NCBI GenBank assembly: GCA_036785375.1
Contig: JAWMAR010000531.1
Coordinates: 558,001 to 622,000 of the forward strand
DNA from: Leucoraja ocellata
Taxonomy: Eukaryota
Reading direction: 5' to 3'
DNA: 64,000 bases
Shown: piece by piece, positions 27,455 to 39,499 of the stretch
How positions within the stretch are numbered: the stretch's first letter is position 1
Layout of the letters: every line of letters starts with the position of its first letter
Notes under the pieces: generated by a model
Told to the model about the DNA's origin: nothing
What the model saw: only the letters and a program-made list of their open reading frames with translations
Database searches by the model: none
Position numbers and translations under genes: made by a program

Positions 27455-28041
27455 AAGATAGAGGCCCTTCTGCAGTTGTACAGAGCCCTAGTGAGACCAC
27501 ACCTGGAGTATTGTGTGCAGTTTTGGTCCCCTAATTTGAGGAAGGACATTCTTGCTATTGAGGGTGTGCAGCGTAGGTTTACACGGTTAATTCCCGGGAT
27601 GGCGGGACTGTCATATGCTGAGAGAATGGAGCAGCTGGGCTTGTACACTCTGGAGTTTAGAAGGATGAGAGGGGATCTCATTGAAACATATAAGATTGTT
27701 AAGGGCTTGGACACGCTAGAGGCAGGAAACATGTTCCTGATGTTGGGGAGTCCAGAACCAGGGGCCACAGTTTAAAATAAGGAGTAAGCCATTTAGAACG
27801 GAGATGAGGAAACACTTTTTCTCACAGAGAGTGGTGAGTCTGTGGAATTCTCTGCCTCAGAGGGCAGTGGTGGCAGGTTCTCTGGATGCTTTCAAGAGAG
27901 AGCTAGATAGGGCTCCTAAAAATAGCGGAATCAGGGGATATGGGAGAAGGCAGGAACGGGGTACTGATTGGGGATGATCAGCCATGATCACATTGGCTGG
28001 CTCGAAGGGCCGAAAGACCTACTCCTGCACCTATTGTCTAT
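27455..28041 (+). mobile_element. Young 5'-truncated CR1 LINE
   Basis: ORF 27452-27775 reads LQLYRALVRPHLEYCVQFWSP..RRMRGDLIETYKI; 3' UTR ends with cctactcctgcacctattgtctat. Confidence 0.92.
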
Positions 28042-28574
28042 TAATATTGTTAGTAACAGGGGAGTTATTTATTGAGCATTGAACTGTAGTTAGCTTGAGT
28101 CTCTGAAAATATGTTTTCAATTAAACTGAAGCAGAGCTGTGGAAACAAACCATAGTATCCTCTCCAACTAAGGCACAGTTTTACTTCCAAGAGAGGCACT
28201 CGAATTTGGGTGCGATTTAACAATAATCAGGAAGCTTTATGCTTGCTCTTTCTATGATTAGATTTGTATAATTTAAAAACATTGTCAGTTACTCTGGATT
28301 ATGAATTTGATGCCATTTAATGTTGTATCATTTAGATTATTTTGTCTTTCCTTGACCACCTGACCAATATGCATTATTTCACCTTTGTCTATATGGAACT
28401 TCATCTGCAACATGTCTGCTGATTTCTCAAGTTAACCTAAGACTATAGTTAATCATCATCCCCCCCCCCCCCCCCCCCCCCCCCCCATTTTACCTAATTT
28501 CTAAGTTTTGTTTTGTACACAAACTTTGGGAACAACCTTCTACACTGCCACCTTATTTGGATAATAAACCAGAG

Positions 28575-28810
28575 ACCCAAGAATCTGCAGACAGAATTCT
28601 GGGGTTAAAAAAACAATCTACTGGAGGAATTTATCAGATCGAGCAGCATCTGCAGAGGGAAATTAATTATCAATGTTTCAGGTCAAAACATTGCACCAAG
28701 ATTTGTGCAGGGTTTCTGTCCTGATGCAAGATTTTGACTTGAAATGTTGACAATTCATTTAGTCCCATAGATGCTGTTTGACCTCTGAGTTCCTCCAGCA
28801 GATTGTTTGT
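28575..28810. mobile_element. Inverted pair of Penelope termini
   Basis: 28611-28629 matches the reverse complement of 28790-28808 at 18/19 positions, and the arms extend inward. Confidence 0.65.
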
Positions 28811-29191
28811 TCCTGATGATAAACCAATTTGTTTTTCATCCTCAGCTGATTTAAATCAACTGCTGCTGTTTCTTTAACTTCAGGGATTTAATTTTGCTAT
28901 GATGTTCATTGAGATGCATTGTCAAATACAGTGTAGTCCCGGGTTACGACGGTTCCGGTAGGGGTAATAGCTCTTACAAAATTTATATGGAAAACAAATA
29001 AATGCAAAATGTATACAGAGAACTAAACTAGTTCACCAAGGACAGCGATTGTCAGCTGCCGGTTAGCTGAAGAAGGTCACTGAAGAGACTTGTTTTGGAA
29101 ACTGACATGGCAAACTCTTCAATTGAAACACGTGCTTTGATAATTATCAAACAATGTAACATCCATTTCTACTTAATTAAAACAACAACCC

Positions 29192-29391
29192 NNNNNNNNN
29201 NNNNNNNNNNNNNNNNNNNNNNNNNNNNNNNNNNNNNNNNNNNNNNNNNNNNNNNNNNNNNNNNNNNNNNNNNNNNNNNNNNNNNNNNNNNNNNNNNNNN
29301 NNNNNNNNNNNNNNNNNNNNNNNNNNNNNNNNNNNNNNNNNNNNNNNNNNNNNNNNNNNNNNNNNNNNNNNNNNNNNNNNNNNNNNNNNNN
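29192..29391. other. Assembly gap, exactly 200 N
   Basis: Counted directly; the round size suggests an unsized scaffolding join. Confidence 0.99.
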
Positions 29392-30516
29392 ATGGTTGGA
29401 ATACTGGGAATATCATCTCAACTCTGTTTCCAATAATGATAAAAGCCGCAGCTAATCGTTCACAGCACTTCAACCAACAATCGCTGATCAGTAAATGTCC
29501 ACTAAAGTAGCTGTATGTGCTAATTCTGGCCAAGAGCTGACAAACAATGATTTAGCTTTTTGTCCCTCCCCCCCATCAATTGTCAATTCAATAATTGAGT
29601 AGCAATTGTGCAAATCAAACAGAAAATGAAAATCAATGAGAGATCTACAGTTTTTGAATATTAGCATTCATGACTGCTGGTACTAATCATTTCACTTAGA
29701 ACACTGATTATTTCATTGATACATTTGTTTTCTTTTACTTTTTGAAGAGATCACTTTCAGAAGTTACCCCGGTATAAAGTTGCAGCTAATACTTTTCGAT
29801 GACCAGCAAATAGCTTATATTAGCCTCCCAGTTCTAAATTATTCCAAGCCTCCAAATGTTACGTAGTCCCCTCACACCAAAGTCCAGTGCATTGAAGCAC
29901 AACAAATAAGTGTCAGAGGTGCTCCAGCCCTCAATATTCAGAATTTTAATTTGTAACCCAATAGGGATGAGCTAAGATACAAATTAACTGGTTCTGCCAG
30001 AAAAAAGCTAAGATTGACAATGCAATCAACATTCTTTGACGTTTGTCTAGACAGTTTCAAACAACCTTCTGACTACTCATAGAATTGAGAGAACTGTCAC
30101 ATCTCGTGTAAACCTGTCCCTCTACATTTTAAATAAAGGGCGTCCATTGTGAAGGAATGCTATTTATATTTTCGTCCCCGTTTTGTATGCCTATAGTATC
30201 GAAATGGAGCTGGAATAGATGAGGGGGGAAAAGGTTAAAGAAATACAATTAAAAGATGGTGTACCCCACTGGACAGTGCCATTCAATTTTAAAAAATGCT
30301 TAAAGAATGCACCACCAAAATAACATTATGGCATCCTTTTTAGACTGGCAGGTAGTCAATCTAGCAACGATGTTGTACCTGTGGCCACAAATGCAATGAC
30401 AGAAAGCTCCATCCACAAGTAATTTCAAGCACGTACAGTTTATCATCTGAGAGAATTTCTGGAAAATCAATCAGAACTGAGGATGGGATCTTCAGAACAA
30501 AAGATGAATTCATCCA

Positions 30517-30943
30517 AGGTTACACAGAAAAGCTGGAGAAACTCAGCGGGTGCAGCAGCATCTATGGAGCGAAGGAAATAGGCAACGTTTCGGGCCGAAA
30601 CCCTTCTTCAGACTGATCGGGGGTGGGGGTGGGTGGGGACAAGAAAGGGAAAAGGAGGAGTAGCCAGAAGGCTGGAGGGTGGGAGGAGACAGCAGGGGAG
30701 CTGAGGAAGGGGAGGAGACAGCAAGGACTAACAGAATTGGGAGAAATCGATGTTCATGCCCCCGGGGTGCAGACTCCCCAAACGGAATATGAGGTGCTGT
30801 TCCTCCAATTTCCGGTGCTGTTCGCTGTGGCCATGGAGGAGACCCAGGACAGAGAGGTCGGAGGCGGAGTGGGAGGGGGAGTTGAAGTGCTGAGCCACCG
30901 GGAGGTCAGCTTGGTTATTGCGGACCGAGCGGAGGTGTTCGGC
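30517..30943 (-). mobile_element. Young 5'-truncated Penelope element (GIY-YIG end + terminus)
   Basis: A minus frame reads EHLRSVRNNQADLPVAQHFNSPSH..RKLEEQHLIFRLG. A 10-bp TSD AATTCATCCA sits at 30507-16 and 30944-53. Confidence 0.9.
30584..30611 (-). ncRNA. Minimal hammerhead ribozyme-like core in the Penelope terminus
   Basis: CUGAAGA-A-GGGU(UUCG)GCCC-GAAAC-GUU: conserved core boxes, 4-bp stem II and an NUH triplet. Activity is untested. Confidence 0.55.
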
Positions 30944-31234
30944 AATTCATCCAGATTGGCATGATAGAAAGTCAACTTCCTGATGTTCCTGATTCCCCGG
31001 CATTCCAGGTTAGAACATTGAGCATCTGCATTTCTTTACAAGTTTGTTTGATCTCTTATACTTTCTTTCCGCATTTAGTTCCAGCAAATCTATGCCAGCT
31101 CGGAGCAATCCCCTTTCCTCACTAATTTTTCTATGACCTCTTCTCCCCATTGATCATCAACATCCCCCAAATTCTCCTGCTCATCTACATATTCGGAGTA
31201 ATTTGCAGTGGCCAATTGACCTAACTATCTGCAG

Positions 31235-31630
31235 GGAGGGGGAAACTTTTTTCAGTTTCTTATCTTGCCGGAGATGCGATTGTTTTCCGGGTCGCATCTC
31301 CGGCCGCTCAGCGACCTACCATCGATGGAGCTGGAGGCCACCTCGGGCTGACGAGCCCCACCACAGGGCATGGACTTAACATCGTAGCTGATCCCTTGCC
31401 TGGGATCGCTCCAACCACAGCCTGCAGACTTACCATCAAGAGCTCGCAGTCTCGGGAGAGGCCAAGTCAGGAAGTTCCAACACCGCAGCGGGTTGACCAG
31501 TCCCGACCCGGGGTTCGCTCACCGGTGCTGGGGAGCTGACATCCCCTCGATGCAGGAGCTGATCTCCCCGATGCGGAGGGCCCAAAAACCGCCGGCTACG
31601 GGAGTCAAGATCGCCCCATCAACGGAGGGC
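31235..31630. repeat. CpG-rich interspersed repeat of unknown class, with a 13-bp hairpin
   Basis: GC-rich block between SINE and CR1 remnants; perfect stem at 31267-31279 / 31292-31304. Confidence 0.45.
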
Positions 31631-31634
31631 TTGA

Positions 31635-32015
31635 GTAAGTCGCTGAATAGAATATTGTGTGCAGTTCTGGTTGCCACACTTTTGAAGTGTGCACAGAAGA
31701 TTTAATCGGGATGTTGCCTCGGATGGATAGTTTTAGTAATGAGGAGAGATGGATCGGCTGAACTACTTTCCTTGAGGCAGAGACTGAGGAGGACTTGAAA
31801 AGCTATAAATAGGGCAGATGGTAAGAAATCTTTCCCAATGGCAATGGTGACTAAGACTAGAGGGCATGAAGGAAAGCACTCTTACAACATTTAAGAATTA
31901 CCTGGATAAACAATTGAATTGCAAAGACATTAGGCTACAGACCAAATGCTGGTTTGTTGCATTAATATAGCTAGGCACTTGATGATTGTCCAACTAACTT
32001 GTTTTTGACTCTATG
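31635..32015 (+). mobile_element. CR1 3' fragment
   Basis: gaatattgtgtgcagttctgg (EYCVQFW) followed by a degraded 3' end. Confidence 0.65.
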
Positions 32016-33743
32016 ACAAAGTGATAATAACTTTCATTTATTTAAGTGTCGGCAGTGTAGCAAAATATCTCAGGGAAAAGTGAACCCTGGAGCCTTTGAT
32101 ACTGAAGTAGCTTTTAAGAACTATCTAAAAGGAAGAGAGACAGGTAGAAGAGTAGTACTAGTAGGTAATGGAACTTCAGGACCTCAGGTCTTGGAAGAAG
32201 AGCGCAAACCTTCCAATTCATGGGAAACAGAACTTCAAACAGTTGCCAAGAGAATTCTGGTTAAGGGACAACGTTTGGGGTGACGACCAAAGACAAAGAC
32301 TTTGGCCTTCCCAATGGTTAGTTCGAGGAACCTTTTGCTTGCTCAGTTGTTGGACCAGCAATCTTAACTATTTAAATAGCTGCAGTCCAGAACCCTGGAT
32401 CTGCATGCATATGAAAAAAAACTGAGTTTCAGGTGATATTACCAAGACAGATTCTTGAGATCATGAGAAAATTAAAAAAGATGCGGAAAAATAATCCATT
32501 GCGACTATTCACTGGTTGTAACTGGATTCTTCTACAAATTCAAACACTTTCCTTTTTTTTTTTGTTGCAGCCTGTTACTGGAAAATAATATATTTTAAAA
32601 CATTCCCAAGCACACGGTTGAATGGAATCCTCCAATGGATATATAATCCATGAAACTGTTTCAATTTTAGAGACAATGCAACAAATCAACAACAATTCAT
32701 TGCATAGAAATTCTGACTTTATATTTTGAACTGCTTCACTTTGAATTCAGTTTTATTTATGTTTATTTACCTTTTGAGAGGTGCTCAGTAAAACAAAAAG
32801 GACACATTTGTTCATTACATTTCTTGACCTCAGGTCCTCCCAAGCACATGACAGCCGATGGGATACTTCTGAAATGTTATCACGATTGTGTAAGGGTTGC
32901 ACAGTAAGCAATTTTCACAGAGCAAGCCCCCACATATAGCAATATAATAAGGACTGGATAATCAGTTTCAGTGATATCGATAATACTTTTTTTCATTGAC
33001 CTGAAGATATTTTTCCAATGATAATGAAGCAACAGAAATATCATGTTTGTGATCACAGAAAAAATCAAGCTGGATCAAAGACTCTCATCATTTAGCCTGG
33101 ATGAGGGAGGCTTCTGCAATTAAACAGCTAAATCACAAAATGTAGGCTCTAAAGACAGTTTACCACAACCCGAAAGATCCGTTTCAACATTCAACATATT
33201 ACACTTTTTCTCCTTCTGGTTAAAATATATTATTTCAGGCCAAGTACCTCATTTGTTTGTAGATCATTTTGCTTCAGATTAAAATGTTCAATGGAATGTT
33301 AAATTATTTTTCAATAGCTCTGCCACATTAATTCAACAGCTCAGGCAAAACAAGTTGAAATAAAGACCTTAAAACATCTATTATACAATTCAGCTTTAAG
33401 ATTTATTTGAGCCTCAAGGCTATTTCACAGTGTTGTGATGTTGAGGCTATCTTTAAAGAATGTATAACATGCCACATAAATGTTTCTGTTTAATAACCTT
33501 CAGTTCACATCAGATCATTTATCAATATTATGATATAAGCTACAAAAATACTGAATGAAATCCATCATATCTAAAGAAAACCTAGACTTCCTGCATGTGG
33601 ATTCCATGCTATGCCTTCATACATTTAGCAGCCAAAAAGGATAAGTGCTGTCCTGGGAAATGTTTTTTTAATTTATGTAGTACAGACAAAAATTCAATTT
33701 CATGGAAGTGATTGGGAGGAGATTTAGCACATTTGCATTCTTA

Positions 33744-33979
33744 TGCCCCTGTCCCACTGAGGAAACCTGAACTGAAACCTCTGGAGACTTTGTGCCCCAC
33801 CCAAGGTTTCCATGCGGTTCCCAGAGATTCCCGGAGGTTTTTGTCAGTCTCCCTACCTGCTTCCAGTACCTGCAACCTCCGGCAACCACCTGCAACCTCT
33901 GGGAACCGCACGGAAACCTTGGCTGGGGCGCAAAGTCTCCAGAGGTTTCCGTTCAGATTTCCTAAGTGGGACAGGGGCA
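33744..33979. mobile_element. Palindromic MITE (CCTGTCCCAC family)
   Basis: TGCCCCTGTCCCACT...AGTGGGACAGGGGCA, flanked by TTA and TAA. Confidence 0.88.
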
Positions 33980-34089
33980 TAAGTAATGGGTGAATGGAAG
34001 GTCTTTTTAGCAAAGTAATAAACCTTGTTTATCAAAAGAACAGGGAGAGGTTTGGTATAATAAACAAATATTTAATGGGAAAACACACA

Positions 34090-34645
34090 AGTTGACGACC
34101 TGTACCTGCTGTGTGGTATTGCACTCCCTCCAATCAGAAGAGCGGTATCCTCAAGAGTGGAATGCACCAAGCAGGAGGATGACCCTCGTCACCCACTCTT
34201 CCAACACGTCCAGGTACCAAAGAGGTTAAAATCCAGAAATAGCTTCCTACATGCAGTTCAACCCCTGAATGATAACCCACGCACCTGTAGGATAGTTGCT
34301 TGGGTGACACACCTACAATCAAAACCCCACACGCTGACACAATACCCTGAGGAGTCCTTTGCATTGGGAGCAAAAGAGACATGGCCAGTCTGGCTCTGCC
34401 TCGATTGCCACGGAACATGGGTCGGACGGTGCAAAGCTCTCATGCAGAAGTGGGGGTACAACAACGATGGACCAACCGAATGTGTCTGCGGGGAGGCAAC
34501 CCAAACTATGGAGCACTTACTTACCTGCCCCCTTCTTCCAGAGCCCATGCGAACCAGAAGATTCCAAGGTCTTCATCCCATGTGCCAGAGCCTGCGTTAC
34601 GCAGTGGCTTGGAAACGTCTAGCGACATGGCAAGGAGAAGAAGAT
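34090..34645 (+). mobile_element. Non-LTR retrotransposon C-terminal fragment, Vingi/Ingi-like
   Basis: LYLLCGIALPPIRR..DPRHPLF..RLKSRNSF..W..L....VGRCKALMQKWG..C.CGEATQTMEHLLTCP (CCHC-type finger), plus a short GAA tail. The clade assignment is from recall. Confidence 0.7.
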
Positions 34646-34814
34646 GGGAAAATGCTTGATCTACTGGAGATTTACAGGAGTGGGTTGATGCAGAACTACA
34701 TAATTCAATGGGAAAAATATATATTATTTATATATATATAATTATGAAGCAATTTGATTTTAAAATTGCAATTCGCTCATTTGATAAGTATGAACCCAAC
34801 TTTATTACTGTCCA

Positions 34815-34910
34815 AGGTACACAAAATTGCTGGAGAAACTCAGCGGGTGCAGCAGCATCTATGGAGCGAAGGAAATAGGCAACGTTTCGGGCCGAAACCT
34901 TTCTTCAGAC
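34815..34910 (-). mobile_element. 96-nt Penelope-terminus mini-insertion with hammerhead-like core (34881-34908)
   Basis: Perfect 15-bp TSD CTTTATTACTGTCCA at 34800-14 and 34911-25. Confidence 0.85.
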
Positions 34911-35399
34911 CTTTATTACTGTCCAGTTTGATTAATTGCTGTAACCTTTACACATGTGCCATCTTGTGGTCAATTTCTGATTATACATAATGATCTACCT
35001 CTTTCTTAATGGTCTGTATTTATGACACCTCAGCAAAGAATACCCCACTCATTTGATCACCCTTCCATCTAAAGACACACTCCCTAATAATATCTGTTCT
35101 GTTCTTGTTTTGTAAGATGCTATATTTATATGTTATATTTTTTATCAATATCATGAATGTCAATTGATAGAATCCTTATTCAAATCCAGCACGGTACTGA
35201 GAGATTGGTTTGCCACACCAATGGGACCGCTGACTTTCAGAAGAGCCAGCCAAACAAGGCTATCTTAAGTTGTTATATAAAAAAATTACCTCAAAAGAAT
35301 ACTGGTATTCCCCATGGTGTCCCACCAAATATTAATCTCTAAACCAACCTCACCAAAAATATTGTAGAAACACGGAACTACAGATGCTAGTTTTGAAGG

Positions 35400-36700
35400 C
35401 GGACATTCTTTAACTGATCAAGCCATTTCTCATCCTTTCAACAATCTGGACACACTACCTTAATGCTTCCACTGCTTTTGTAGCCAGGTTGGCCACTTTT
35501 CAATAGAGCAGCCAAATAATAGTTAGTGTGGTGCACTACTTCAACTTTGTTGTTTTGGTAATAAAACCTTGTTCACCACAGGTAATGAAGGTGCTGAATG
35601 ACAATTTAACCAACATCACTCATGATTCCCTTCCTGGCAAAACCGACTCCATTGCCAGAATACACATGCCTCCAGGATTTGCTTTTAATATATCAAAACC
35701 CATTGCAAGTTTTCCCCAAGTTTTATTTTGCAACATCTACTCATATCTAGAAGAGCAGTAGGACTGTGCTGGGTGAATTAAAGTGGAAACAAGCTTGTTT
35801 TCTTTACAGTTTAGATAAAAAATACTTTTCATAACAAATCACAATATAAAAAATAAGACAATGCTAGAAATACTCACCAATAAAGAAACAAACTCAATTA
35901 ATGACCCATCATCAGAAGTTTACAGGATGCATTCATAATAGAAAAACATAGAAAAGTGGCAAAATAAGGTTCGGCTAGGAGGGGGTGTAAAAACAGGACA
36001 ACAAAAGAAATCAGGAAAATGTCTTAGGTTTGGTAAAATTGTAAATTATGTATAGAGGCAAACCTGCATGTTTAAACACATGGCTTCCTGACTCAACTTG
36101 TAATAGCTGGACCCTTCAAATTGTGTATGTCTTTTTGTAATTCGGTGAAAAAGCCAGCAGGGGATGTTCCAAAATCCAGAAAGACAAAAGTAGGTGATCG
36201 ACTTGCAAAGGGATAAAACTTTGATTGCGCCAGTTACTAACTGCAACTGCCCTTTGCTGGCTTTTGTTGCCATTGCACTTGCTCACCACAATGTCCTTTC
36301 TCCCAGCTCTGTAAAGAATGTTGTGCTCCACATCCACCGATTCTCCATATTCCCATTCTCTTAATCCAAAGCCTGAGCACCAGCCTCCTTGCTTTATCCG
36401 TCAAATACCACATTGGCTCATGATAAATAAACATTTTAATTGAGCAAGCATCAGTTAGCTTTTGCATGGTTTGTCTGGGATCATCCTACCATGACCTCAT
36501 AATAAATAATGTTTGGTCACACTGCAGTTGAGCCTTTTATTCATCGTAATGACCACATTTTTCACTCCTCCTCCAGCATATTTGTGTGCAAGATCCAGCC
36601 AGTTGATTCCAGTAGATACACTCCTTATCCTCGATTTTCCAGAGATAGATGAAGCAGAGATATGTAGTATTCCAGTTTGTTAGCTTAAAGTTCTTACATT
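35400..36700 (-). mobile_element. Possible very ancient Gypsy/Ty3 pol remnant (RNase H, then integrase)
   Basis: Faint frameshifted motifs: FIYHEP..L and ILYRAGRKDIVV (RNase H-like), FARKGI (integrase-like). Weak. Confidence 0.25.
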
Positions 36701-36819
36701 GACCAAATGTGCATCGTCCACTCTAGATCAGGTTACCATGTAAATTTGCAAAATGAAGGTACATTTATTCCTGAGATTATAATACAAACGCATCTGGTGC
36801 TCTGATGACACACCAATAT

Positions 36820-37005
36820 TTCTGAAGAAGACTCCCGACCCGAAAAGTCCTCTGTCCATGCACTCCACAGATGCTGCCTGACCTGCTGCAACTTTTCTAC
36901 AACTTTGGCTGAAGAACTCCACAGTTGCTGATTGACCCAATGAACTACTCCAGCACTTTTGTGGGTTTTTTGCTCAGGTTTCTGGCATCTGCAGTTCCTT
37001 GTGTC
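36820..37005 (+). mobile_element. Penelope terminus
   Basis: ctgaagaagactcccgacccgaaaagtc...cagatgctgcctgacctgctg...catctgcagttccttgtgtc. Confidence 0.65.
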
Positions 37006-37114
37006 TACTCAATATTTCTCCGGCGGCTGCTCCTGCCAGCCCTCACTCACCACAACCACGAACACATTTAACGTTGAACCGCCCAGTGATCTCGAGCATG
37101 TTCTCCCCTCACTG

Positions 37115-37554
37115 AACAAAGACTGCAAAAAGTTGTGACCACTGCCCAGTTCATCACCGGCTCTGACCTCCCCACCGTCGAAGGGATCTATCGAAGTCGC
37201 TGCCTCAAAAAGGCAGCCAACATCATCAAAGACCCACACCATCCTGGCCACACACTCATTTCACCATTGCCATCGGGAAGAAGGTGCAGGAGCCTGAAAA
37301 CTGTAACGTCCAGGTTCAGGAACAGCTGCTTCCCTACAGCCTATGTACACGACAACAATATACTCTGAATTGCAACAGTCTATTATTATTATTATTATTG
37401 CACAATATTTGTTTATTTATTGAGTATATGTGCATGTGTATATATACACACTGAACTTTTTTTTCTCCCGTTATGTACTATGTTTACATATTCTGATGTG
37501 CTGCAGCAAGTAAGAATTTCATTGTTCTATCTGGGACACATGACAATAAAAGAC
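37115..37554 (+). mobile_element. Rex1/Babar 3' end
   Basis: TAQFITGSDLPTVEGIYRSRCLKKAANIIKDPHHPGH.L..PLPSGRR; ends with tgacaataaa. Confidence 0.9.
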
Positions 37555-38000
<446 letters not shown>

Positions 38001-38194
38001 TAACAAGCGGCGATGACACTCACAATAAGAAGCTTTAATTTATCCAGTCAGTGGCTTCTTCCATGTCCCCGAGTTGGTCCTGTTCCTTCCACACATACAG
38101 ACCCCGATTGTCAGTGATTCCGCAGAGGCGCATCCGCGAACTCCAGCAATAATTCCTTGTAAGCCTCTTACTTGGGAAATATGCATTCATCTTT

Positions 38195-38322
38195 AACAGC
38201 TTCTTCCCTACAGCTTCTTCCCTAGAGCCAACAAATAAGCTCTGAATTACAACAGTCTATTATTATTATTATTGCACTATATTTGTTTATTTATTGAGTA
38301 TGTGTGCATGTGTAAATATAAA
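38195..38322 (+). mobile_element. Rex1 3' UTR fragment
   Basis: Nearly duplicates 37320-37440 (aacagc..cttccctacagc..ctctgaatt.caacagtc.tattattatt). Confidence 0.7.
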
Positions 38323-38760
38323 CTGCTGTTTACTTAAGGGACAATAGATGAACATTGATGTTGCATATATACCACAGACAGTAAATATCACGAGGATTTC
38401 ATATTTCCTTGATCACACGCAATTCGGCCCATCAAATCAAAAAACGTTATTAATTTTCCCTATAAGCAATGTACCACACATTCTCATTAAATCGCCTACG
38501 ATTGTACTATTTGTCCATTCATAGTGGATAGGTTACCATGGTCCATTAACCTACCAGTCACACAGGAAACTGGATCAAAGGAAACAACTATGATGTATGT
38601 GCTAATTCCATACAGGCAACACTGAAGGTTAAGATCAAAACTGCCCAAGCAGTAGCTCTACTCTATGAATGATGACTTCAGTTATTATCAGCATAGACAA
38701 GAAATGTGGTTTAAAAGGCAAGAGTGATTAGGAATTTCTGATGTATTATGCCAGAGAGAG

Positions 38761-38870
38761 CTGAAACGTCACCCGTTCCTTCTCTCCAGAGATGCTGCCT
38801 CACCTGCTAAGTTACTCCAGCATTTTGGGTCTACCTTCGATTTAAACCAGCATCTGCAGTTCTTTCTTAT
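38761..38870 (+). mobile_element. Penelope terminus
   Basis: gaaacgtcacccgttcc...ttactccagcattttgggtctaccttcgatttaaaccagcatctgcag. Confidence 0.75.
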
Positions 38871-39139
38871 GTGAGTTGTAGAAGATGATACATGACTTAA
38901 AATACATTTGGACAATATATGGATGGGAAAACTTTAGAGGGTCATGAGCCAATGCACGTGAATGGGCAAGCCTTCTGTGGAACTTGGGCAGCATTATCAA
39001 ATGTCCGAATGGTCTTTTTCCATGCTGTATAGCTCTATGACTATAGTTAATTTTGAAGTTGTTATGGAGCAGATACAAAGAAAAATACTTTATGAAAAAA
39101 TTAATTTCAGTGAGTTAAAACAAGTCCAGGAAAGCTGAT

Positions 39140-39225
39140 TGAAGGGTTTCGGCCTGAAACGTTGCCTATTTCCTTCACTCCATAGATGTTGCTGCACCCG
39201 ATGAGTTTCTCCAGCACTTTTGTCT
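39140..39225 (+). mobile_element. 86-nt Penelope-terminus mini-insertion
   Basis: 8-bp TSD AAGCTGAT at 39132-39 and 39226-33. Confidence 0.8.
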
Positions 39226-39499
39226 AAGCTGATATTAAAGATTACCTCATAGAATAGTAAGAATTCAATGGTTCTGGATTCCCCTACTCTGGGCATTACA
39301 TTTTATCTGCTTACCCATTGCCCTTTGTGGCATTTCCAGTATTCCACAATTTCAGCAAAAGCTCTCATCTGCGTTTTGCAGATTTAATGTATTCCTTTGT
39401 ACTTATTCTCTCTCAAACTGCCCTAATTAATGTGTTAATTCAACAGCTCCAGAAGCATTGGGATCATCTCAGTGGCATGGACCAGCGATAGGCACCTGG

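Noticed and set aside
29095-29533. ORFs spanning the N run
   Set aside because: Artefacts of translating the gap.
39135-39163. Apparently complete sense-strand hammerhead in LZTR1 intron 1
   Set aside because: Its CTGAT comes from the target-site duplication and the spacing (CUGA-UU-GA) is off by one, so it is not an intact core.
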